Below, piece by piece: positions 49,159-61,496 of a DNA stretch of 64,000 nt. How positions within the stretch are numbered: the stretch's first letter is position 1; every line of letters starts with the position of its first letter. The notes under the pieces are model-generated. The model saw only the letters and a program-made list of their open reading frames with translations, had not been told where the DNA came from and searched no databases. A program made the translations under genes and the position numbers. Location: the NCBI GenBank assembly GCA_010405405.1, contig MU004244.1:499895-563894 (forward strand), written 5' to 3'. Origin of the DNA: Microthyrium microscopicum (Eukaryota).

Positions 49159-50405
49159 TCAGTACAGACCTAGAATATACCTTCTCAAGCGGTTTTCCCA
49201 TTCTCGGCCAATCTCGTGAGACCAAGAAGGAGCTATATCTCCTATGATGTTTCGCCAAACTACAGTTACGCTCTCAAGTGGAAGACGTGCGAAGTTCTCG
49301 AAATTTGCCAGCATATGTGCTGGCCATATTACACTTCTAAGCGTATGAAACGTATCCCTTGGTGACTTTCCGGGATGGTGGTGAGAGCATCTGTTCCGCA
49401 CATAGAGATGCAACACGCGCAATCCGGGCAGGGATTTGATCAATCCAGCAGCAAAAGCTTTGTTCCATTCGTCAATGACTTCCGGGTACCAAAGATCAAG
49501 TCCGAGCCGCAGAGTTCTGATGGACTTCTTCTGGTAAGTACTTCTCTCCTTCATGAACAGGGAGAAGGAGTGTGGATCATTGAAGGAAAACGTTGTGTTC
49601 GACTGCATTTTATTAGCTTAAGCCCAAGAACTGAAATTTTGTGTAAGGCAATAGCCTGCACAACCTATTGCTAAATGCTGCATCGCGTTCTCACAGCGCA
49701 TCGCCATGATGTCAATGTAGCAGAATGTCAATAGATCCAAGGCTCAAGATCGAGGATTTTCAGTGATGGCAAACTCACCCAGAAGACTTGGTTCGCTTCG
49801 TTGAAGGTCTGGCGGCAGGCACGAAAGAGTTGCAATTGTGCAGTCGCCTTCGGTTGAGGATTCTTACAAAGCTTAAATTGGCGGTGCTCAGACCAAACTG
49901 GGAGCTTTCCTGTGTCCAATTTCACTTCCATGTGTTCATCGCAGTTAAGATGGGTATACCAGTCCTCGTCTTCTTCCATTTCAAAATGAGGGCTACCCTT
50001 CCCAGTAAACGTTGGATCAGGCCCTGTCTTGGACTTTTCATACATGTCGACAGGATTTTCCCGAGAAGCACAGAAGACGTTCTGCCATGGGCCGTACACG
50101 ATTACGCGTTTACTTTTTCGTGAATTGTCATGCTCTTCATTTGGATGCTTGATATGCAAGATTCGTCCATCGTCAAAGACATATTTCCAGATACGGTGCC
50201 GAAGCTCGATAGGCAGGCGAAGCAATGGTGACTCAATGGAATTTCGTTTGACGCTAATCGAGACCGATTAGTATTTCGTGATTGTCAAAGAAGGGCTTGT
50301 GTACATGTGTTTTGTCTGCGCGTCTTTGGGCGCGGTGAACGGTTGAGAGGGTGTTCGCTTTCGCACGGTTGACGCCAAATCGTCTGTCGCTTTCCTCTTC
50401 GTCAT
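49159..50405 (-). CDS. DUF7730-like protein, paralogue 2
   Basis: MTKRKA...QPFTAPK, an intron, RNSIESPLLRLPIELRHRIWKYVF...LFRACRQTFNEANQVFW, a second intron, SNTTFSF...YILGLY*. Confidence 0.75.
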
Positions 50406-50803
50406 GATTGTTGTCAACAAGCAAAACAAGAATGAACCGCCAAAATGGCACGTCGATGTAATGGGTTTGATGCAACAGCAAGATTTGACGAAGTGTCGTT
50501 GGGAAAATCGCGTCGTGGTTGTACCAAACAACCAGAAAAGGGGCTGAAATGACGTTGATCAGAGTCTTGAAAAGGGGCTAGATCTCTGAGAGTTAGCGTG
50601 ATCTGAGATCATACAAAGGCAGGGATGAGGGTCTGATGCACGTTTGAACATGGGTAGCAACACGTGAAATTCAATGTCTCAAACAGAAATGATTGTCGGC
50701 CCTACGTATGTCTCCTCCCGTTTTTATTTTCTCCTTCTCGTACTTCTTCTTCTGTAAATACTTCCTTGTCCAATTATCTGCAGTATCACCCCCTCATTGT
50801 GAT

Positions 50804-52056
50804 ATGCAGGACCATCCTTCGCCTAAAATGGCCAGCGAATCGGTTCAAGAACCGTCGAAAGTGGACCCTTCGTCATACACCATGAAGGAAGTCTACGCAG
50901 CAATTCCTCCTCACTGCTTTCAACGCAACACGCTCCTTTCTCTTGCCTACGTTCTTCGAGATTTCACTTTCGTTTTCATACTGGGCTACATCGCCATATT
51001 CCACATTCCCAGCATACAGAACCAGACGCTATCAACACTTGCCTGGACAGCATACTCATTCTGCCAGGGCTTGGTCTTTACTGGCCTCTGGGAGCTCGCA
51101 CACGAATGCGGTCATGGCGCTCTCAGCAAATCCAAATGGATCAACAATGCCATGGGATTGGTGATGCATTCGTTTCTGCTTGTCCCATACTACTCCTGGC
51201 GACTCACTCATAGCACGCATCACAAAACGACCAACAACATTGAAAAGGACATTGCGTTTGTGCCACAAATCAAAGAAGACTACATAGAAGAACGGGCCGC
51301 TCGCGGCAAATTTATGAAGACAATGGAGCTTGCTCAAGACATGCCAATTTTAGCTTTACTAGAATTAGTTGGTCATCAACTCGTTGCGTTTCCCACGTAT
51401 CTGCTCATCAACAACTTTGCTCTCCCACGCATGGCCGCCATTCCTTGGTGGAAACGTAGCCACTTCTACATTGGAGGTGATGGACCGAACTTCAAACCAA
51501 GAAGCACCAGAGAAATTATAGTGTCTGACATTGGCATTGCTGTGGCTGTAAGCGCCCTTTGGATTGCTGTGCAGTTCTATGGTGGATGGAATGTTATGAA
51601 AGTATACGGCTTTGCATATTTGTGGACAAACCACTGGATTCGTAATTTGGCCTCTTTTCCTGAACGCTGTAGCATCTAACCTTTTCTTCAGTCACCATAA
51701 CCTTTCTGCAGCACACAGATTTCTCCTTGCCGTATTATAGCTCCAAGAGCTGGACGTTTCTCAGAGGTGCCGGGTCCGCTGTAGACCGAGACTTTGGGTT
51801 CATCGATCGTTTCCTCTTCCACGGCGCGATATCAACTCATGTTCTGCATCACCATGTTGCTAGAATCCCTTTCTACCATGCAGCGGAAGCCTCAAAGGCT
51901 ATGCAGGGCGTCATGGGCAAAGAATATCGAAGTGACTTCAAAACACCGTACCTGTGGGCGTTCTGGAAGATTCGTTCTACAGCTCGGTATGTTGAGGAAG
52001 TGGATAAGGGAAGTGAGATCTATTTCTTTTCTAGAAGTAAGGTCACTTGTACATAG
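50804..52056 (+). CDS. Membrane fatty-acid desaturase, FAD2 (delta-12/omega-3) family
   Basis: AAIPPHCFQR, His boxes HECGH, HSTHH and HVLHH, TFLQHTD and RIPFYHAAEAS; intron ~51642-51690. Confidence 0.9.
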
Positions 52057-52387
52057 GAAGTCTAGTATTGACTTCCAACACACTCTCACATTGTTTCTCA
52101 CATCTTAGCGAGTCATACATTCAGCGGTTCACGGCCACCAACTTCAATAGAACAGTTTACTAGATCATCTCGCTACCTTCGGATTAAAGATCGACTCTGT
52201 CCTTGTCCCGATTGCTACGCACTAGCGATCTTGTGATTCTTATTCAGACAGTAGAAGGACACGGTTGATTGATGTGCAACATTAACCACTCAGAGAAAAT
52301 CAAGAATGCTTTGGATCTCATCTTTGGTCAATAGACACACGAGCTTCTCGGCATGTTCATGTCTCGCAGTACACCAGTCAACCACCA

Positions 52388-52436
52388 AAGGTGAGGTAAG
52401 GTAAGGTAAGGTAAGGTAAGGTAAGGTAAGGTAAGG
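52388..52436. repeat. (AAGGT)n microsatellite
   Basis: About nine tandem GTAAG units. Confidence 0.95.
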
Positions 52437-52792
52437 CATGGGTGATATAACATATCGCCATGCGGGGATATTTTTATCTTCACTACCTTGCCTCGAAGAG
52501 AGCGTGCTGCTACAATAGCTATATTTACATAGGGCTAAGCGGTAAACCGATCTTCACATCCTCTTTTGAGTTTGCTCATTGGCCAATCTAGCCTGGGTTG
52601 CCTGTATTCGATCCTACAATTGATCCTACGATATATCGATATTGCAGTCTTGCCGCACTCCATTCTCTTAAGGAAACCTACTAAAGACCGGAACGATGGC
52701 GTAGACTCAACATTTGCAGCATTCCTAATTTCAATCCTTTACAAGTTTGATCATCTCCAGCTTTGACAAACAATTGACAACATTTACTCAAG

Positions 52793-53597
52793 ATGGTCAA
52801 ATCTAGCATGGCTGATGCACACTGGCGAGTTCGAACTCAATGGGGCTTACGGATACTCGTCCCTATAGCCGTTGTCTGCATACTTTTTCTGGTTTTTATC
52901 ATTACATGCTTGATGTTCCTACCATTATTACAGTCGGGAAATATGTCTGAAATGTAAGTTACAGACCCAATCCATCATGAAATAGCTTTACTGACTTAGC
53001 TCGAGGATTCAATCAATATATATCCCTTTACTTGCTGTGGAGGTGATTCATCTGCCTCTGCACATTTGGACGTTCAAAAATGGCTGGACATATTCGCCGC
53101 TCGCTCTACTTCTTGCCACATGTATGCTGCTCGGATGGAGCGTGGGCGGCGCATGTTTTATGTTGGAGACTACATACCTCCGTGATTACACTCATAATCG
53201 GAGTTTGCTTGATATACTGGGCATCAGTATTTGTTCTGTCTCTTTATTGCAGACACTATTATACTTTGCGTATATGGTGTTTGCGGCGACCGCAGTCTAT
53301 CGATACAGAAACTTCAACAAGGCTATGGATATCGAGCCGCAGAAATCTGTAGATGAAGGTTTAGAGTTCGAAGGGCCCCGAACGACTCACGACATGAATC
53401 ACAAGACTGATGGGACGATGTTGGATTCCAGTGATCTCGAAGCGCAAGAGTTGAATAGGTCGTGGGAACGGAAGAATGAGCTAGATGCTGCGTCAATTAG
53501 GAAAACCGAGCTTGATGCTACGCAGCAAAAGCAAATAGAGCTTGACGCACGGCGATCCATCGCGGAGTTGGAGGCAAAAAGTGAGAAGACTGGATGA
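52793..53597 (+). CDS. Hypothetical multi-pass membrane protein with ELDA/ELEA tail repeats
   Basis: ATG at 52793, hydrophobic segments, a GTAAG intron from ~52954, and a C-terminal ...NELDA...TELDA...IELDA...AELEA. Confidence 0.6.
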
Positions 53598-54089
53598 GGC
53601 ATCGTCGCATAAGTCAACGGATTGACAAGACAGGTGGCGCTGCCCCTCACCCTCTCAGACATTTGGCATCATACCTCGATTCTGGGCTACTTTCCATCAT
53701 AGTCGATCATTTGGCTATAGTCTCTCCGCCGTAAAGCGCTCTCCGAGGGGGCGGCAGACGGGAACTACTCTGTAACTTAGTAGTACAGTTGGTGCGTTTC
53801 CTGCCACTCTGGTGAGGTCAAGACAATTATATCTTCTTGAGTGGTGGAACTTAAATCCAGCCAGAGAGTCAAGACCATCGCTAGCCTGATAAAATATGAT
53901 AATAAGACATGTTGCAATCTGCAAATGTTGTACCAGGTAGTTCCTTATTGCATAATCGGCAGCTTACTAAAAGGACTGAGCAGCCGATATCAGAAACCAA
54001 GCTCCTTCCCCACTACTACATGCATCATACCTCTATCCTTGACTTCCCCTCCTTGACCTAAGAATTTCAAACAACAACATCAAAGGGAA

Positions 54090-54767
54090 ATGTCGCATCG
54101 CGAGACTCTTTCACTTGCTCATACTGCAGAATGCAAACTAAAGATTGCGGCGAACAAGCCAGACCGAAACCTACGATTTCTACTCGGCCATGCGTTAACC
54201 CTTGACTCACTCAACCTGCGCCTGATGCAGATTGAAGATGAGAGCCGGACCGTTCGCCAGCCACGACATTCTAGCAGCGTCAAGTTCAAAGCCGCAGACA
54301 ACGGTGGAAACAAACGTTCGCCACTTTCAGGGCGACAGAAAACACCCCCACCAGTAACAAACAAGTCTGACGATGACCAAGACGTTGCCAGCGATAGCGA
54401 TCCCGACGAACTATCCTTACAACGTTTCCCATCTGCTGCTGCCCAGCCACGGCGACAGCCTTCTCCAGACAAGCTTCAGCCTCCGCAAGAATCGTATGAC
54501 GACGTTTCATCCTCCGATGATGAAGACTTGGAATCATTTTTGGCCATGCTGGAGAAGAATATAAGTCGCGAGTCACTGGAGAAAATTACGAAGAGTAAAA
54601 CAGACGAAGAGCTGGCGTCACTATATCAGTCTGTGAAGGGATGTTCTTGTCATGAAACGGATGCTCCGGAGATCAAGAACTTCTGGGAGGTCCCAACAGA
54701 TCAGCAAAACGGCGGCATGAAAGGATTCGAGAACATAAGAGTCGCAATAGCAGAGGTTGCAGCATAG
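54090..54767 (+). CDS. ECM13-like protein
   Basis: N-terminal LAHTAECKLKIAANKPDRNLRFLLGHALTLDSL matches the Ecm13-family signature, followed by an acidic low-complexity region. Confidence 0.75.
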   Translation: MSHRETLSLAHTAECKLKIAANKPDRNLRFLLGHALTLDSLNLRLMQIEDESRTVRQPRHSSSVKFKAADNGGNKRSPLSGRQKTPPPVTNKSDDDQDVASDSDPDELSLQRFPSAAAQPRRQPSPDKLQPPQESYDDVSSSDDEDLESFLAMLEKNISRESLEKITKSKTDEELASLYQSVKGCSCHETDAPEIKNFWEVPTDQQNGGMKGFENIRVAIAEVAA

Positions 54768-54826
54768 GCAGTGCTGTGGAAGCGATCACTTGTTAATCGG
54801 TCATATTCTTCTCGCAAGATCTGCGG

Positions 54827-55862
54827 CTACTGTCCGACGTGTGCAATTCTTGCCTGCATATTCACATCGTCCTTCTTCGCGATTCCGCCGATTCCCTTGC
54901 CCAGTGGTGCTGCTCCAGGCCTAGGCGCTGCTGGCGATGCACCAGCTGCACTTGGATCGTGAGGCAAGAAAACCACTTCGTCAATGTGCCACGACTTTCC
55001 ATTGTCCTTCGAATATGGTTTACTCGAGTTGATAATATTCTTTGGGTACGTGGTGAACTGCGATCCGACCGCTGGCTCGGGCTCTTTGAGGGTAACAGTG
55101 ACGTTCCAGTAACGTTGGGTATCAGTGGTTTTAGGAGCGCCGCCTTGATACTCTGTGGCAAGATGAAGTCTAAGGACATAATTAGCACTGATTTCTGGGG
55201 ACTGTACCAATACGGCTAAGCAGAATTTACCGATTCACTCTTTTGTATCCTCGCTCCCACTCAAATAGCACTGTATTTCCCTTGGACAGATTGGTGATCT
55301 TCTGTGTCCAATTGCCGTTCTCACCGGGCTTCTTATTATACTCGATTAGGATTTTGTCGTCGGCGTCGATTGCTTTCCCACGCGCTGGGAATTGCGATAT
55401 TTGCCGTGCAGAGTAGTCTACAACAAATGGTCGAATACACCTATTTTTCTATCAGCTTTGGACTTTGCAAGTCATTGATAACCTGTCTTTAGGAGAAGCT
55501 ACATACCATTGTCCCGCCTTCGCGCCGCACACCGACTGATTCTCCAGCGGGGAGTGTAGCTCAGTCACTGTCTGAATGAGATTACTTTTCGTGTAATTCT
55601 CTCTCTGGAACATTCCTGGCCAGAGAAACAGCGATCCCTTGGGATTTGGTGGCGGTTTTCCAGGACTGTAGACCACACTCAACGAGGTGTATTCCGACTT
55701 CTTAGCATCTAGGTACAGTGTATGTCCCCATGTTGCTTGTGGCAATTGTCTCTTCTCTATCGGGCCTATGATCTTTGGGCCTGGTCGTTCACCAACAGGT
55801 ACGAATGATGCAGATATGCAACGCGCAGCGAGCGCCGCAGCGAAAATGAGCGTCGTGATCAT
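54827..55862 (-). CDS. Secreted hypothetical protein (multi-exon)
   Basis: Signal peptide MITTLIFAAALAARCISA, SLFLWPGM, LIQTV and CGAKAGQW followed by GTATGT; further exons run to ...ARIAHVGQ*. Confidence 0.65.
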
Positions 55863-56197
55863 AATGCTCGTAAGAATGAGTGGCAGATGTAGTAGGGCTC
55901 GGCATGTATCGCAGCGGATTCGATTTTGTTATATCTTATTCGGTTCGGGCCGTACTAAGCATTGGTATCGGTAGGGCCATTTCGAGTTATAGCAGCGAGA
56001 TTATGTGTGTTTTAGACTAATTTCGGCGATTGGCAATCTAGATAGCAATAGCGAGCCGTGAAGTTTTAAGAACTCATAGATTATAGGCCCTTGTGCGTCC
56101 TATAAACATTATATTGGTTGATAGCAGAGCATTTGCTAAAGCTTTGTCTCGATTCTTTTGCTAGTTATCTTAGTACAGATTCGAGTCACACAACAGA

Positions 56198-56397
56198 CTG
56201 GCAAGATAGTTGCTGTGCTCTCACCAGCCCAAATGGCTCCCATCACTTCTTTTGACTAGAAGATGCTATATCTCTCAATGCAGTCTACTGACTAACTATG
56301 TGCGCAATTGATGGGCTATTGAACACTTGCTGACTGAGTAAGTGATGGGATGATTGGGATCAAACAAAATAATGGAACCACGCCAGTTAGTTTGTTT
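56198..56397. mobile_element. MITE-family copy upstream of the HET gene
   Basis: Left GGCAAGATAGTTGCTGTGC...ATGGCTCCCATCACTT; right AAGTGATGGGA...ATGGAACCACGCCAGTTAGTTTGT. Confidence 0.6.
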
Positions 56398-56648
56398 TTT
56401 TAAAGGACGAGGAGTTGGTACTTGATATGGACAGGTCAGTTGTATTCCTCTGGTGGTGGCTTAGACTTGATTGCCTGCATATAGTATGCAGGCGCATTCC
56501 TTCGCAATAACACCTCGATGGATTTCAAGACAACTTCCGGTCAAGTTCCATAAGATGATGAACTTTTCTCTATAGCATTCAGTGCACTCTATACTGTATC
56601 TTACAGTTTACTTTACACGTGAAAGCAAAGAGGTGCCCTTTCCTCAGA

Positions 56649-58919
56649 ATGCCTATACCGTTTCAAGAGCTCGGAGAGAATCCACCACTGTGCGACTGGT
56701 GTAGGATTATTACGGATTTCTTTTTGCCAAAACGAACTCCTACGTCAACTTTGGACTGCCAGTCGCTTGTTGCGAATAAAGAGGATTGCTCGCTGTGTCC
56801 ATTATTCTACAAGCAAGATAGACTGTCTCCACCATCGTCGCTCAGAGCAACAATAGCAATTTATCAAGTGTCAGCAAATGGGGCGGTTGCTGAGCTGCCA
56901 GTCGCTCAGAATCAAAAACATGAGACGATCTTCTGGAAGGAGGCGAACGAAGATCAAGATTTAGCTGTGGCTAGCAGAAGTTCCTCCTGGAGACTGATTC
57001 CCGACACCAAATCGACGTGTATCCAAGAAAATGGACCGCAAGGGAGGATCGTTGTCTTCGATGAATGCATTCCCGAGCAACAATTTTCGGCTCGTTATAC
57101 CTCAAGCCTAGATTGGCCAGGCATTCAAAATTGGCTACAGACTTGTGATAAAAGTCACTCCGTGGCATGCCAGTCGCGAGAAGCCATTGAACTCCAGCAT
57201 CTGCAATTGATAGACTGCTACAACTGCGATTCGCTCTCTATATCGACCTTTTTCCAGCCATTCCCGAAATACGTGGCCTTGAGTTATGTCTGGGGACCAT
57301 CTGCCGTCCAGGACAAGAGTAGAAGGGTTGATCTCTGCAATGATGGCATACCCAAAACCATCAGGCATGCAATAGAAATATCTAGAAAGCTAGGATTTCA
57401 GTACTTGTGGGTCGATTGTTATTGCGTGTCACAGCAAGATACAGAGGCGAAACAAAAGACCATCCACTCCATGGGCGAGATCTACGAAAATGCCGCTCTG
57501 ACTTTGATCGCGGCAGCGGGAGACGATGATGAGCATGGTATGGTATCGAAAGATCTGGTAGCTTGCCAGAAAAGGCCCATATACAAAGTAGGAGACCATT
57601 ACGTTACAACTGTTCAGCCAAAGATTCCAAAGATAGCGATTGCGACTTCAAAGTGGTCCACTAGGGGTTGGACTTATCAGGAAGCACTTTTATCCCGTCG
57701 CAAACTGGTATTTACGGAGGAAATGATATTCTTTGAGTGCCGAGGGAAGCATCGTCTCCATGATCCATCACTAATGTAAGTTTTCGAGTGAAACCCCATA
57801 TTTAGTGGTCTCTTGACGAGACAGCGGTAATACCAGTGCACTGGATGGTTGCCATAACATTTTATTGCTGCCACCCAGTGTGATGGGCCTTGATCGTGAG
57901 AGTCTTCTAAGGTGAGTTATACAAGCAGTTGAGGCCTGTACATCGTTGCAATCTTACACCGAGTAACTAACAAAGTTAGGGTGAAAGAGTTGCGCACTCC
58001 TGATAACACAGCGATGGGGTTCATATTTGGCAACCAAGTGTTTCCTTGGAGTGGAGTTGGTACACAGGCCGAGGAAATTCAATCTAGAATAGAAGAGTAT
58101 TGCCACCGAGATTTGACCTACGATAGTGATGCTTTGAAGGCATTCGATGGAATACTACAAAAATTCAGAAAGATGGACACGCCTGTGTTAAATCTGTATG
58201 GCATCCCGATCTACACTCCAGAAACATTTGATCCTCCATTAGCCATCTCAGAACACAGGCTGCTGAATGCCTTGGGCTGGTACATGAAGGGTACTGCAAC
58301 TCGTCGATCTGATATCCCGAGTTGGACCTGGGTTGGCTGGCAATATCAACGTGACACTATATGTAGATTTGAATTCTCCTTTCCGAAGAAGCTTGATCGG
58401 ACATATGGAGAACGCTCATTTTCACACGTGTCTATTGAGTTGGAGTTCGAAGATGGAAGGATCATGACTCTTTCCAGATTCTGGGAGGGTCTTCTTGGAA
58501 AATCCGAGTTGCTCTATGTGCCGCGACATCTCGTCATTCATGGGGCAATTATGGACATGGAAGTCTCCGAGACTGGAAAGATCAGTCTTTCCGGAGCCGA
58601 TAAACTTTCTTTCCAGTTGTGGGGAGGTTGGAACAAGGAGACCTGGAGTTCTGGTTCTCACAGGGCTCCGATTAGATTTATCGGCTTCATTCTAGGTCTG
58701 CGCAATGGCTTGCGAAGCAACGAAGAAGTCATAGTCCTAGTCTTAAAAGAGACGAACGAGGTCAATACTTACGAAAGAGTGGGAATAGGGCATGTAACCC
58801 ATTTGCCGACAGTGAAAAGCCTTCGTGCTAAGAGTTCTTGGTGGAAAGATGAGAAATTCTTGGACCGGTTGCGTTCCTATGATATTAACTGTCGCGAGGA
58901 GAAGATAAGGCTCGCATGA
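56649..58919 (+). CDS. HET-domain protein (heterokaryon incompatibility), 3 exons
   Basis: YVALSYVWG, PKTIRHAI, YLWVDCYCVSQ, MGEIYENAALTLIAAAG and WSTRGWTYQEALLSRR. An 86-nt middle exon (57825-57910) keeps the frame into exon 3 (RDLTYDSDALKAFDGI, PSWTWVGW, YERVG). Confidence 0.9.
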
Positions 58920-60039
58920 AGCTCTCGGAAGAACACAAGCGTTGGCACATAATTTTGGTATCTTAAATAGATGCTTGAGCAATGAACACCTTGAATCCTA
59001 GCGAGGCATAAGATGGATTTTTCAACCAGATTAGTTTTGAAGCTGGCTGATGAAAACTCGGCGAAGCAACTCAAACCGGATTGGTCTTATTTTATGAGAA
59101 TTCGACCCAAAGCCAAAACCGCCTTGCCTATTGTTGACTCTTAAGTCATAACGCAGCCGATTGTGATGATACGAGGTTGATATGATGCAAAGACGTTGCT
59201 AGATAAAATGACCGGTGTGCTTCGCATGATTTTACTGGTTGGATCCCAAGGTATTCTACAAGAAATGATAATTGTTTTTACTCCACAATCGATGACATAT
59301 TCATGTTTGATTATCAATGGTATCGGCAAGCGGGAAAGCATGCAATAGAGTAGCCAGAGTGGTTTGCATAAACGGCAGATTAGACGCGCTTGGAGTCAAG
59401 GAGAAGTTATAAAATGGAGTTGAGAAACCGACGGCCAAATCAACTCTCCGAGCAGCCACGTTCTCATCGAAATCCGGCTGGCTTTGTGTGGGTAATCCCG
59501 CTTAACCCGTAAAAATGAGTGGATCCCTAAATTTAGCGAGGCTTCATCCAGTTTATTGGCCAATGGAAGCATTCTATAGACTCTGAACGCCGTTGGAATA
59601 TTCTAAGCGAAGGCTGTCAGGCTTCGGTCTGCAGTCTCGAAACCGTTCCAGGCGAAATCTGACCCACCGCGCTTGGCCTAATGGATGGAAAGGATTGGAG
59701 GATTTGCTGATCCGAAGTGTTGTATACGAAATACGATTGCCTACGGAGTAGACTTGTACCAATGTCATTGAATTTGGAAATCCCACTCTTTTATTACCCA
59801 ATCTGAGCCTCAGTGTTTACGGATCAGTTGTTATCAATTACCTACTCAAACAGAGGGACCCGCAATCCAGGTTTTGCTCGCCTCAGTCAGTTTGCGCTTC
59901 ATACGGAGTACACCTGGCGCCGATCATCGCTTCCTGCTTCTATCCTCCCATAAGTCAACCTTGTTGCCACTGGACTAGAGCCTTCTCTGGTTCTCAAAAC
60001 CAGTATTGATCTTGACTTCCCTTCGCACCACCCTTGATC

Positions 60040-61033
60040 ATGGTGACAACTTCGACCGGCGAGTTTGCGCCAGCAGCCTGCTACTCCAATGACTTTGCTA
60101 TTCGCAAAGCGTGTAGAGAAAGCTGCACATTCGACACATGCTCCTTGAGCCTCTCATACTGGTCGTATCTTCCATCCTATGCCGCCAATGGACTATTTCT
60201 CGCGCTTTTCACCATATCGCTGTTAGCATATCTCGCGCAAGGACTCATCCGCAGGCGCTTCATAGGTTTCACGATTGCTATGCTTCTAGGATCTATTCTA
60301 GAAGTGTTGGGTTACGCGGCCAGAGTATGGGCGCATGCCCAACCTTTTGTTGAGGTGAGTTACACCATCGAGCGTAAAATGAAGTTTCACAATGAGCTAA
60401 ATCTAACCTCACTTTATTTAGAATCCATTCCTCCTCCAGATCATCGGCCTTACAATCGCTCCGGCGTTCTACGCCGCTGGCATCTACTTCTGCCTATCGC
60501 GCATCATCATTACGTTCGGTGCAGAAAACTCCCGCCTTCCAGCCAAATGGTATCCGCGCATCTTCATCACGTGCGATTTCTTCTCGCTCATCCTACAAGC
60601 GACTGGCGGCGGTATGGCTTCGACCGCTACGCATCTGAACAAAAATCCTGCTGCGGGTAACCACATCATGGTGGCAGGTCTTGCGTTCCAAGTGTTCACA
60701 CTCCTTATCTTCATACTTTTGGCACTGGATTTTGGCTTCACAACACTCAAGCGCATTCGCCAAATGGGCAAGTCGGAAGCCTTGGATCCAACGCATCAAA
60801 AGCTTCGCGATAGCAAGAAGTTCAAACTATTCTTGATCGCATTGGCATTCGCCACACTCTGCATCTTTACGCGTAGTGTGTATCGTGTAGCAGAGCTATC
60901 AGAGGGATGGCAAGGACATCTTATAAAGACCCAGAAATATTTCATCGGTCTTGAGGGCGCGATTGTGGCAGCGGGAGTTTTGGCATTGAATGCATTTCAT
61001 CCGGCTTATTGCATGCGTGAAGCGTTCGAGTAA
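60040..61033 (+). CDS. RTA1-like lipid-translocating exporter family protein
   Basis: LEVLGYAAR, intron 60355-60421, IAPAFYAAGIY, IFITCDFFSLILQATGGG, GLAFQV, RSVYRVAELSEGW and FHP. Confidence 0.9.
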
Positions 61034-61496
61034 GGCATCGCGGATGGATTGGGTTGGGGAAACTGCATAGAAGCGCCCATATATAGATGGATTGGACATT
61101 TAATGTTTTGGTAATGAATGATGTTTAATCGTAGTATCAATCCGAAATGATTCCGCGCATCCGACTTGAATTTGTCTGCTGACAGACGGGAAAGGTCAAA
61201 CCTCAAGGTCCAGTTCAAGATCTTTGATGTTTCAATCCGAAAAATGCCAAGACTTGGAGAGCTTCACGTGACTTCTTGAGTTTAACGCGTTTTATCAAAT
61301 GCTGGTTCGCGTTTATTCATGCTCCCATAGCTCAACTCCGCACTCCACACTCCGCAATTATATACTGTCGTGTCACCAATTGCAGATCATCGCAGTGGAA
61401 GCTTCCCCGACGCGACCTGTCGAATGCAGCTTCAAAAAACCTGCCATTCAATACCTTCTCATCTCAGTGGGGCAATGGCCTAGATCCTCCAATGCC

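Noticed and set aside
52388..52436. (GTAAG)n as a telomeric repeat or array of splice donors
   Set aside because: It is not TTAGGG and lies between genes; a simple microsatellite.
57776..57979. Long HET intron possibly containing a MITE
   Set aside because: It resolves into two short introns and an in-frame 86-nt exon.
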